From IMG/VR virus record IMGVR_UViG_3300025653_000115, positions 1 through 35,482 of that record: a stretch of DNA of 35,482 nucleotides; one strand, written 5' to 3'. A program made the translations under genes and the position numbers. The stretch is from a virus (taxonomy: Duplodnaviria > Caudoviricetes). Positions 1 to 6,945 of the stretch are shown piece by piece. Every line of letters starts with the position of its first letter. Within the stretch, counting starts at the first letter, position 1. The notes under the pieces are model-generated. The model did not search any database and had not been told where the DNA came from. It saw only the letters and a program-made list of their open reading frames with translations.

Positions 1-135
1 ATTGGCACGAATGGTGGCTTGGAATTGAAGGTTCCGGCCCCGCATACACATGTGGCATACCTCCGCGATGGTGGTCTGCCGACAAAGTACAAACAGCAGG
101 TGATGGGCTGTCTGTGGATCACTGATCGTGAGTGG
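1..135. repeat. Terminal direct repeat / circular overlap (copy 1)
   Basis: 1-135 equals 35348-35482 except G36 vs A35383 (synonymous Pro CCG/CCA); it lies inside the exonuclease gene, indicating a circular assembly. Confidence 0.95.
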
Positions 136-285
136 TGGGATTTCGTGTCCTATCACGAACAGATGCCAGTGCTTCAGGTTCGCGTCTACCGTGACGAGGA
201 CTACATCGCAAAACTAGCCACAGAGGTCGAGAAGGCTTGTGAGGCAATTCAATATGAAACTGAACGATTAAGGAATATGCAATGA
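1..285 (+). CDS. YqaJ/lambda-exonuclease-like protein, C-terminal part (gene starts at 35027 and wraps)
   Basis: GLELKVP...YKQQVMGCLWITDREWWDFVSY motifs typical of YqaJ viral recombinase nucleases; in frame with the ORF at the window end. Confidence 0.9.
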   Translation: MGTNGGLELKVPAPHTHVAYLRDGGLPTKYKQQVMGCLWITDREWWDFVSYHEQMPVLQVRVYRDEDYIAKLATEVEKACEAIQYETERLRNMQ

Positions 286-560
286 ATGAATATGACAACA
301 ATAACCGGGGCGCTCTCTGGAACAACGACCGGAAGCAATCTGACAAGCACCCAGACCTGTCTGGATCAGTCGAAATCACTTGCCCACACTGCAAGGAAAA
401 AAACGATTTCTGGATGAGTGGGTGGAAGAAGAAGCCGGGGCAGAATGACCGCGCCCCTATCGTGAGCGTTTCGGTGCGTCCAAAGGATTACAAGGATAGT
501 CAGCCTGCACCCAGTCAAGCTAACGCGGCGCAGAATGTTGACGATGAAATTCCTTGGTAG
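282..560 (+). CDS. Putative single-stranded DNA-binding protein (DUF736-like)
   Basis: NRGALW.N.RK.SDKHPDLSG motif, acidic tail DDEIPW like SSB C-termini, next to annealase and exonuclease. Confidence 0.7.
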   Translation: MNEYDNNNRGALWNNDRKQSDKHPDLSGSVEITCPHCKEKNDFWMSGWKKKPGQNDRAPIVSVSVRPKDYKDSQPAPSQANAAQNVDDEIPW

Positions 561-562
561 TT

Positions 563-587
563 AAAAAGATGCCCGCACTAGGCGGGC
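563..587 (-). terminator. GC hairpin, possible minus-strand intrinsic terminator
   Basis: GCCCGC-ACTAG-GCGGGC (571-587) preceded by AAAAAG on the + strand. Confidence 0.4.
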
Positions 588-638
588 CAAGATGAGGGTG
601 TCTCGAATGAAACATCCTCAGTCTAACAGGAGTGTGAA

Positions 639-845
639 GTGAGTAAAACAAAAGTTGGTAAGTGCATCAAAATCGCACAGGAAAAGCGGGACATAACGAC
701 CATGCAAATGGCTAAGGACTTCAGTGTTCACCGCCAACAAGTGCAACGGTGGCGAGCCAGTGACGACATGCGCCTGCATAAAATTGAAGAGTTTGCCGAA
801 TATTTCGGTATGAGCCGTGATGAATTTTTGAGATTAGGAGACTGA
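639..845 (+). CDS. Cro/CI-type HTH transcriptional regulator
   Basis: 68 aa, XRE-like pattern (ITTMQMAKDFSVHRQQVQRWR...IEEFAEYFGMS); AGGAG RBS before GTG. Confidence 0.75.
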   Translation: MSKTKVGKCIKIAQEKRDITTMQMAKDFSVHRQQVQRWRASDDMRLHKIEEFAEYFGMSRDEFLRLGD

Positions 846-846
846 C

Positions 847-1146
847 ATGGCAACACGTTACACAGCAGAAGACTTCAACACTATGGAACAACTCCATAAC
901 GAAGGGTTTTCGGATAAAGAAATTGGCCGAGCAATTGGCCGTAGCACAAAGTCGATTGGGGTTCAGTTCACTTACAAGCGTAAGCAGATGAACCTGATTG
1001 ACCGCGTAGAAGCTCGCAGGCTGAGAAAACTGCGCGAGGCTAACACAGTGGCCCGAGTGATCGAGATCACGGCACAGGAACCCCAGGGAGCGCCTGTACG
1101 CCACAGGCCGACCATTTGGGAACGAGTAATCGGGTTTTTCGGATGA
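847..1146 (+). CDS. Hypothetical protein with N-terminal HTH
   Basis: EGFSDKEIGRAIGRSTKSI HTH-like segment; AGGAG RBS. Confidence 0.6.
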   Translation: MATRYTAEDFNTMEQLHNEGFSDKEIGRAIGRSTKSIGVQFTYKRKQMNLIDRVEARRLRKLREANTVARVIEITAQEPQGAPVRHRPTIWERVIGFFG

Positions 1147-1583
1147 AAGACGCAGTCAAGCATACGGTGACTTCTAAGCCGATGGCTGATCAGTGTATGC
1201 GCGACATAGAAGCCATGTGTAAGGAGCATGGCTACTGTGTCGTCAAGATCACGGCAGGAGGCATCTCAGAGGCCCAGAGAGCCTTGTTCCACATCTGGTG
1301 TCGGGAAGCGGCAGTGGAGTTCAACAAGCGCGGGAAGGAAACCGATGAGGGGGTCGTAAAGATCTGGATGAAGCACAGATTCTTGGGGGTAGAGGATGTT
1401 GTCTATGGGAGCAAAGTGCTGACCGGGCAGTTGAGACACACCGAGGATTTATCTGTTGGCGAGACGTTTCATCTGCTTGAACAAATGTGGGAGTATATGG
1501 CTCAAGAGTTCCAAATATTCCTGCCGATCCCGGAAGAAAGTCACTACAAGAAATTGAAGGAAACAGTAAATGGACAAGGTTGA
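1143..1583 (+). CDS. ninB: NinB/YbcN-like recombination protein
   Basis: SEAQRALFHIWCREAA and LRHTEDLSVGE motifs; ATG 1143 overlaps the upstream stop (ATGA). Confidence 0.65.
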   Translation: MKDAVKHTVTSKPMADQCMRDIEAMCKEHGYCVVKITAGGISEAQRALFHIWCREAAVEFNKRGKETDEGVVKIWMKHRFLGVEDVVYGSKVLTGQLRHTEDLSVGETFHLLEQMWEYMAQEFQIFLPIPEESHYKKLKETVNGQG

Positions 1584-1758
1584 ATCGAGCGTAACTATCA
1601 AGGCAAGTGTTGCCAATGGCGTTGTCGAGATGGCTATCGATTTCGATCTGTGCGATGAAATCAATCAAGAGCAAATGATGTTCTTGGCGTCTGACGCACT
1701 GATGGCTGTCTATGAACAACTACCGGCGAAAGATGCAAGCGAAGACGAGGCGGTGTAG
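1570..1758 (+). CDS. Hypothetical acidic protein
   Basis: 62-aa ORF with AAGGA RBS, overlapping its neighbours. Confidence 0.55.
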   Translation: MDKVESSVTIKASVANGVVEMAIDFDLCDEINQEQMMFLASDALMAVYEQLPAKDASEDEAV

Positions 1759-2323
1759 CAACTGCCGAAAGAAAGTCCCGGCGACTGAGGCATTCGTGTC
1801 TCAGTTCAAGGCTTACTGTTCGTATGATTGCCTGAAGGAATATACGTCCAAGAACATGGACAAAATTCGTAGCAGGGTCATCAAAGAAAAGCGCCAACAA
1901 GACCGGGTGACCAAGGAGAAGCTCAAGACGAGATCTCAGTGGAAGCGCGAGGCTCAGACAGCCGTTAACAGATATGTGAGGTGGCGTGATCGTGATCGTG
2001 CCTGTATCTCATGCAACAGGAGCCTACAGAGCGAGTCGCTCGGCGGAGGTTACGATGCCGGGCATATGCTCAGCAGGGGCGCACACGGCCACAAGTGCTT
2101 CAGGACCGACAACATCCACGGCCAGTGCAAGCATTGCAACCGATACCTATCAGGCAACGTGGACAAGTTCCGGGTCGGCCTAGTGTGGCGGTACGGGCAA
2201 GCGTATGTTGATCGCGTAGAGTCGCCATGGGATCCGCCCGATTTCACCATCGAATATCTGAAGAGGATCAAGGATATTTTCACTCGCAAACTAAAGCTGA
2301 AACAAAAACTACAAGAGATTTGA
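1712..2323 (+). CDS. ninG: NinG/Rap Holliday junction endonuclease
   Basis: N-terminal CxxC, YVRWRD...CISC...DAGH..SRGAH...NIHGQCKHCNRYLSGN HNH-type signature; true start may be ATG 1733. Confidence 0.9.
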   Translation: MNNYRRKMQAKTRRCSNCRKKVPATEAFVSQFKAYCSYDCLKEYTSKNMDKIRSRVIKEKRQQDRVTKEKLKTRSQWKREAQTAVNRYVRWRDRDRACISCNRSLQSESLGGGYDAGHMLSRGAHGHKCFRTDNIHGQCKHCNRYLSGNVDKFRVGLVWRYGQAYVDRVESPWDPPDFTIEYLKRIKDIFTRKLKLKQKLQEI

Positions 2324-2347
2324 AGAGCCGAAAGGCTCTTTTTTTTT
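2324..2347 (+). terminator. Rho-independent terminator
   Basis: AAGAGCC-GAAA-GGCTCTT followed by a T run, directly after the ninG stop. Confidence 0.9.
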
Positions 2348-2350
2348 GCC

Positions 2351-2616
2351 TGCGACTTTTGAGGTAGCGTTGCGACTTTTCAGGTAGCGTCTTACCTTCC
2401 ATACCCGGCATCGAACCTTCCATGACTTACCGCAACTGCGATGACTGCTACCGCAATTGCGGTGACATCATGACGTTGTGACATCGGATGGCACATCGGT
2501 GGCACATCGTGACATTGGGTGGCACATCGTGCCATCTGTAACGCTCAGTGTTACGGCTGTAACATTCAATGTTACGGACAAATAAATATTTTATTGTCCG
2601 CAACAAAAAGTGTTGC
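2351..2616. repeat. Array of tandem-duplicated, mostly palindromic 17-21 bp motifs
   Basis: TGCGACTTTTSAGGTAGCGT x2; ACCTTCCAT x2; TACCGCAAYTGCGRTGAC x2; GGTGGCACATCGTGMCAT x2; CTGTAACRYTCARTGTTACGG x2; plus inverted repeats at 2576-2599 and 2600-2616. Confidence 0.85.
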
Positions 2617-2641
2617 AACCATGATCATCTTTTGAGATACT
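2613..2641 (+). promoter_or_regulatory. Sigma70-type early promoter P1
   Basis: TTGCAA-17bp-GATACT with extended TGn; AGTGTTGCA context shared with the promoters at 5719 and 34170. Confidence 0.7.
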
Positions 2642-2683
2642 TCCTGTGTCGAGTAAATATGTAACCAAATAGGAGATACCGAC

Positions 2684-2959
2684 ATGAAGATCAAAAAAGC
2701 TCACAACGAAATCGCAGTTTACTTCTCTGAGTATTTCAACTGTTGGATGATGCACGATAACTTAGGCATCGAGCCTGTTGGTACTTACAAGCAAGCGCAG
2801 ATCGCGGCTCGAACAGCTTTGTGGAAGCAGGGCAAAGGTTCGATCTTTTATTCTCGCAAGTCAGATGGCTTGGTCACAATGGAAGAATACATCGGCAAAA
2901 ACAGCAAAGGTTGGTCTGAGATCAAAGGTCAACGCATGAATTTGAGGAAGGCCGCGTAA
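2684..2959 (+). CDS. Hypothetical early protein
   Basis: AGGAG RBS, 91 aa, ends KAA* inside a hairpin repeat. Confidence 0.75.
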   Translation: MKIKKAHNEIAVYFSEYFNCWMMHDNLGIEPVGTYKQAQIAARTALWKQGKGSIFYSRKSDGLVTMEEYIGKNSKGWSEIKGQRMNLRKAA

Positions 2960-2964
2960 GCGGC
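2951..2964 (+). repeat. Stop-codon hairpin repeat, copy 1
   Basis: GCCGC-GTAA-GCGGC; the loop contains the TAA stop. Confidence 0.8.
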
Positions 2965-2982
2965 TCCTCCGGGGAGAGAGTC

Positions 2983-3147
2983 ATGAGAATGGGAACTTAT
3001 TTCGTTTATCCAAAGGGCCAGAAGTCAAAGGGCTTCAAGATTGATGCAGTTAGCTTTGATGCCGCTAAGTCGATCTTCAATCAGGTTGAAGGCATTACAG
3101 ACACCAACCAGAATCGTTGGAAACTTTGGGCAGACCGGGTCGCGTAA
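2983..3147 (+). CDS. Hypothetical early protein (54 aa, not in ORF track)
   Basis: GGAG RBS; MRMGTYFVYPKGQKSKGFKIDAVSFDAAKSIFNQVEGITDTNQNRWKLWADRVA*. Confidence 0.7.
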   Translation: MRMGTYFVYPKGQKSKGFKIDAVSFDAAKSIFNQVEGITDTNQNRWKLWADRVA

Positions 3148-3154
3148 GCGGCCC
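3137..3154 (+). repeat. Stop-codon hairpin repeat, copy 2
   Basis: GGGTCGC-GTAA-GCGGCCC. Confidence 0.8.
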
Positions 3155-3169
3155 TTTGGGGAGATCAAG

Positions 3170-3415
3170 ATGGAAGTAATGGATCAGTGCGAAATCTTTC
3201 TCTGGCCGATCATCAACGGCATGGAGTATGAGTTGTCATACTCAATCCAGTTGGTCGATTCGTGGAAGGATCGTGACGATGAGCCTGCGGGCGAGGTCTG
3301 GGAAATGATCGACCACACAGCCATTCTGGTGCAGTACACCGGGCCAGTGCAATTGTGGGTTCCTGACAACTATGTTGAAGACTTGTGTGAAAAACACTTT
3401 GCAAAAAAATTCTGA
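3170..3415 (+). CDS. Hypothetical protein
   Basis: GGGGAG RBS before ATG 3170 (MEVMDQCEIF...), same frame as track ORF 3041. Confidence 0.7.
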   Translation: MEVMDQCEIFLWPIINGMEYELSYSIQLVDSWKDRDDEPAGEVWEMIDHTAILVQYTGPVQLWVPDNYVEDLCEKHFAKKF

Positions 3416-3427
3416 CGGGGGTAAGGT
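3399..3427 (+). promoter_or_regulatory. Putative sigma70 promoter driving the structured region
   Basis: TTGCAA-17bp-TAAGGT; predicted +1 near 3434-3436, the start of the first stem. Confidence 0.5.
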
Positions 3428-3435
3428 TTAAAACA

Positions 3436-3815
3436 GTGCCGGGCGGAGATTGGCAGTCTCCTAGCGATAAAACCGGACTGAAACATGAGAAAGACCCGTG
3501 TCGCATTCCGGCACAGGTGTATTGTGACCGCACAGGTTGTTCTGGTCAACACAATACGAATCTCTCCGAATCAGTCCAAACTGCTCTCCCCCGTCAAAAC
3601 AGTCGCATTGTGCTGTAGCACGAAAAAGCAAGAGTGAACATCCGACCTCTGAGGGCGGGACAAACAGCGTAAAAGGCAACCGAGTGTACACATCAAGTGT
3701 GCCAGTGGGGGTGAGGTGTTACGAGCCTCGGCTAATGCCGCCGCAAATCGTTGCTGATGACTGGATGTTCATGGACTAGCGCAAGAAGAAGAGTGAGGGT
3801 TGCCTAATAGCCCTC
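3436..3815 (+). ncRNA. Putative large structured ncRNA / cis element (possibly replication origin)
   Basis: Helices GTGCCGG/CCGGCAC, GTATTGTG/CACAATAC, GGACTGA/TCAGTCC, TGAACATCC/GGATGTTCA, CCGAG/CTCGG, GAGGG/CCCTC; no convincing ORF. Confidence 0.55.
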
Positions 3816-3844
3816 AAAAAGACAACTATGGCCGGAAGAAAAAT

Positions 3845-5320
3845 ATGCAACTACGACCACATCAACAAACAGCCATCGAGATGCTACGGCACTCACTAGC
3901 AACTGGACACAAGCGACCAATGCTTGCCGCTCCATGTTCGTTCGGTAAAACCATCACAGCCGCCGCGATGCTGAAGAACGCTCTCGATAAAGGGAAGCGT
4001 GGCATCTTTATCTGCGACCGGGTGAAACTGATCTCACAGTCAATCGAAGCATTCGATGCCCATGGTATACCGTTCGGCGTCATGCAGGGTGATCACTTTA
4101 TGAGTAATCCCATGGCCCCGATCCAGATCGCATCTGTCCAGACACTGGCTCGCAGAAAGAACACGCCTGACTTTGACTTTGCCATCGTTGATGAGGCGCA
4201 CACTATGTATAAGTACCTCGAGAAGATTTTTGAGCAGTACAACAACGTGCCGTTCATCGGACTGTCGGCCACTCCATACAGCAAGGGACTCGGAAAGTAT
4301 TACGATGACCTGATCGTGCCGATCACAACACGCGAGCTATTGGAGGAGGAATACCTCTGCCCTGTCGATTACTACGGCGGTCGTCAGGCGTCCCTGAATG
4401 GCGTCAAGACCAAGGCACTCAAGACTGGCGGTACTGACTATGATGAGAGATCACTAGGCGAGGCTATTGAGAAGGAAGAGGGCTTGGTTGGCGATGTGAT
4501 CGCAAACTGGGTGAAGTATGCAGAGGGTCGCCAGACTGTCGCATTCTGCCCATCAATCAAAACATCCAAGGCTCTGGTTGATCAGTTTAATGAGGCAGGC
4601 ATCCGGGCGGAACACATCGATGGCTACATGGACACCGACATCCGGGACGAATTGTTTGAGGCTCACGATGCAGGTGAGTTCATGATCCTGTCATGCTCTC
4701 AGTTGCTGAACACAGGTTGGGACAGCCCGACTACATCGGCGTGTATTGACTTAAAAGCTACAAGGTCAGCGATCCAGTTCCAACAGCGCGTGGGTCGTAT
4801 TATGCGAACAGCACCGGGCAAGAAGAATGCGATCTACCTCGATCACGCAGGCAATGTCAGCCGGTTCGGTTTCTGCGAGGACATGATCCCCGAGTCATTG
4901 GATGACGGTGAGAAGCAGTTCAGCGAGAAGAAGCAACTCAAGGACAAGAAAGAGGTCAAGGTCAAGGACTGCCCACAGTGCTACCGGCAAATGGTTGGGA
5001 TCAGGTGCAGTTGTGGTTACGAGATCCCGATCAAGGAGCGGATCGAGACTGACGGATCGGACTTAGTCCAGTTAGCTAAGTCCGCTAACAAGGTGTACTC
5101 GAAAGAGCGCAAGGCCGAGTTCCTCGGTGAGCTACAGCACTACGCGAAGACTCGCGGATTCAAGGAAGGTTGGGCGTCACACAAGTATCGACAGAAGTTC
5201 GGCGTGTGGCCGAGCGCGATCACTGCCAAGCCGGTTGACGGGATATCTGAAGAAGTGAAAAGATTCATCGTTAGCCAGAACATTAAACGCAACTACGAGG
5301 TGATGAAAAATGCCAGTTGA
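3845..5320 (+). CDS. Superfamily 2 DEAD/DEAH-box DNA helicase with C-terminal zinc finger
   Basis: LRPHQ Q-motif, APCSFGKT Walker A, DEAH, SATP, QRVGRIMR motif VI, CPQC..CSCG. Confidence 0.92.
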   Translation: MQLRPHQQTAIEMLRHSLATGHKRPMLAAPCSFGKTITAAAMLKNALDKGKRGIFICDRVKLISQSIEAFDAHGIPFGVMQGDHFMSNPMAPIQIASVQTLARRKNTPDFDFAIVDEAHTMYKYLEKIFEQYNNVPFIGLSATPYSKGLGKYYDDLIVPITTRELLEEEYLCPVDYYGGRQASLNGVKTKALKTGGTDYDERSLGEAIEKEEGLVGDVIANWVKYAEGRQTVAFCPSIKTSKALVDQFNEAGIRAEHIDGYMDTDIRDELFEAHDAGEFMILSCSQLLNTGWDSPTTSACIDLKATRSAIQFQQRVGRIMRTAPGKKNAIYLDHAGNVSRFGFCEDMIPESLDDGEKQFSEKKQLKDKKEVKVKDCPQCYRQMVGIRCSCGYEIPIKERIETDGSDLVQLAKSANKVYSKERKAEFLGELQHYAKTRGFKEGWASHKYRQKFGVWPSAITAKPVDGISEEVKRFIVSQNIKRNYEVMKNAS

Positions 5321-5702
5321 TAACATCCTCAACAGTGTCAGCAAGGTCCGCAACTCAGGTCAGGACAAGTGGCGGATCCCCTGCCCTGTCCACAACGGCA
5401 AGGGCTTCAATATGTCCATCAAGGAGTGCGCTGACGGCACTGTGTTGGCCCACTGCTTTGTCTGTGGTGCTGACGGTCCAAAACTGGTTGAGGCTCTGGG
5501 CCTGCCGCTGTCAGAAATCTTTCCGCCAGACCGAGAGTATATACGCCCTGTATATACCAAGAAGATGCAACAGGAAGCCCTTGAGGACGAGATCGTTCTC
5601 AGCATAGCCAACGGTGCAGAGAACCTCACACTTGAGGACAAGCGGCGCATACGACTGGCTAAGGCTAGGCTCGAGGGCATCGAACAAAGAAAAAGTGCAT
5701 AA
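5310..5702 (+). CDS. Primase-type zinc-binding domain protein (no TOPRIM domain)
   Basis: CPVH...MSIKECADGTVLAHCFVCG zinc-ribbon; only 130 aa. Confidence 0.7.
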   Translation: MPVDNILNSVSKVRNSGQDKWRIPCPVHNGKGFNMSIKECADGTVLAHCFVCGADGPKLVEALGLPLSEIFPPDREYIRPVYTKKMQQEALEDEIVLSIANGAENLTLEDKRRIRLAKARLEGIEQRKSA

Positions 5703-5718
5703 AAAGAAACGTAAAGTG

Positions 5719-5746
5719 TTGCATTACAGTACCAACCTGTTATTAT
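5719..5746 (+). promoter_or_regulatory. Sigma70-type early promoter P2
   Basis: TTGCAT-16bp-TATTAT with extended TGn and A-rich upstream sequence. Confidence 0.7.
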
Positions 5747-5785
5747 TTGTGTGTCGGAAATATTTATCAATTAGGAGAAAACGAC

Positions 5786-5998
5786 ATGATCTACACAGCG
5801 AAAATCAGAAAAGCAGAATATGCGGAGTACATTAACGAAATCACACTCAAGATTTGCCGTGGCAAGTGTTTCGAGGTTGTTGCAGAACTTCCGATTGGGA
5901 CGGTTTGGATGCACTTCCCAAAAAAAGCAAAGATGCTTGAGTGGTTAGATCAGATGTACGGCATCTACGGTGACAATATTACATGGGAGGCGGCGTAA
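5786..5998 (+). CDS. Hypothetical early protein
   Basis: AGGAG RBS before ATG 5786 (MIYTAKIRK...); ends EAA*. Confidence 0.75.
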   Translation: MIYTAKIRKAEYAEYINEITLKICRGKCFEVVAELPIGTVWMHFPKKAKMLEWLDQMYGIYGDNITWEAA

Positions 5999-6003
5999 GC
6001 CGT
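5990..6003 (+). repeat. Stop-codon hairpin repeat, copy 3
   Basis: GCGGC-GTAA-GCCGT, compensatory change relative to copy 1. Confidence 0.75.
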
Positions 6004-6026
6004 CCCTCTGGGAATAGGAGAAAGAT

Positions 6027-6380
6027 ATGACACATCAAGAAGCGTTAGCAGAATTGTTCAGCGACATGCACAAGAGCCTACATGGCTGTCGCGCTCGGTG
6101 GGCATACGACATGTCCGAGGAAGATCTGGAGATCGCTGTTAAGCGTCTCGGCGAAGAGATCGAGGAAGAGAATAATCGTGAAGAGGTTGAGCGCAACGAG
6201 TTAGCCGCTCAGTGTCACGTTTCTGTTGAGCAGATCATCAAGTGGGAAAATGAGCAGAACATGATGTGGCGCTACGGTATGGGCTACAACATGCAGACCG
6301 TGGATCAAGCGTTCATCGAGTCACTCCCGGCTGAGCCATACGAAGAAGCTCATTACTTTGAATTAGGAAAGGCCGCGTAA
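6027..6380 (+). CDS. Hypothetical early protein
   Basis: AGGAG RBS; acidic 117 aa; ends KAA*. Confidence 0.75.
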   Translation: MTHQEALAELFSDMHKSLHGCRARWAYDMSEEDLEIAVKRLGEEIEEENNREEVERNELAAQCHVSVEQIIKWENEQNMMWRYGMGYNMQTVDQAFIESLPAEPYEEAHYFELGKAA

Positions 6381-6386
6381 GCGGCC
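6371..6386 (+). repeat. Stop-codon hairpin repeat, copy 4
   Basis: GGCCGC-GTAA-GCGGCC. Confidence 0.8.
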
Positions 6387-6398
6387 CGAGGGGCGAAC

Positions 6399-6509
6399 AT
6401 GACAGCAGAAGCATTCATCCTTGTATTCGGTCTGGCTACAGCGTTTGCTGTGGCCGGTTTAATCGGCTTAATTGGCGACTGGTTGGCAGATAAGTGGGGT
6501 GGCAAATGA
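6399..6509 (+). CDS. Small single-pass membrane peptide (36 aa, not in ORF track)
   Basis: GAGG RBS; MTAEAFILVFGLATAFAVAGLIGLIGDWLADKWGGK*; ATGA overlap with the next gene. Confidence 0.65.
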   Translation: MTAEAFILVFGLATAFAVAGLIGLIGDWLADKWGGK

Positions 6510-6700
6510 AAGACCGCCCCTACCCAACCTGCCCTAGCTGTGGCTCTCGCGTGATAGCGCACCACTTAGCTCAGGGCCACGAGGTCTGCATGTACTGCGG
6601 GCCGACTCGAGATCTCGACACATACGGGGAGCTTGAGCGTGAAAGATATTTGAACTGGGCTGATCAGTATGAAGATGACCAATTGGATAAGGTGAAGTAA
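6506..6700 (+). CDS. Small zinc-finger protein
   Basis: CPSCG...CMYCG. Confidence 0.65.
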   Translation: MKDRPYPTCPSCGSRVIAHHLAQGHEVCMYCGPTRDLDTYGELERERYLNWADQYEDDQLDKVK

Positions 6701-6891
6701 TGTCGATTCATTTTGCAAAAAACAGGCACTGGGAAAAACACAGGAGCCGTAAGCTCGACCCGGAGGATGTGCTATTGATCAAGGCACTGCGTGAGGAAGG
6801 TCTTACGCTCCAGTCGATTGCTGAGAAGTTTGAGGTGTCAAAGACACACGTTCACAAGATTGTCCACAACATGACTTGGGTAGGGCTATGA
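6700..6891 (+). CDS. Small HTH DNA-binding protein
   Basis: KLDPEDVLLIK...LTLQSIAEKFEVSKTHVHKIVHNMTW. Confidence 0.7.
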   Translation: MSIHFAKNRHWEKHRSRKLDPEDVLLIKALREEGLTLQSIAEKFEVSKTHVHKIVHNMTWVGL

Positions 6892-6945
6892 TCAAATCAG
6901 ATGGATCAACGGCCAAGTATTATGAGCTACCGTTGGAGAGTCTGG

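Noticed and set aside
639-845. Lysogeny module
   Set aside because: Single HTH gene only; no integrase, divergent repressor pair or partition genes recognised
2462-2503. matS-like (GTGACATCATGAC, ATGACGTTGTGAC) and sigma54-like (TGGCAC-N5-TGGC) sites
   Set aside because: Each matS-like site has two mismatches, and the sigma54 spacing is explained by the local 11-bp repeat; not enough to call
2351-2616. CRISPR mini-array
   Set aside because: No constant repeat separating unique spacers; each motif differs; no cas genes
3635-3771. Hammerhead ribozyme (CTGATGA at 3754-3760 between two stems)
   Set aside because: The required GAAA and NUH elements are absent at the corresponding junction positions
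3436-3779. Short ORFs 3436-3618 and 3537-3779 as genes
   Set aside because: No RBS, atypical composition, and they overlap dense secondary structure
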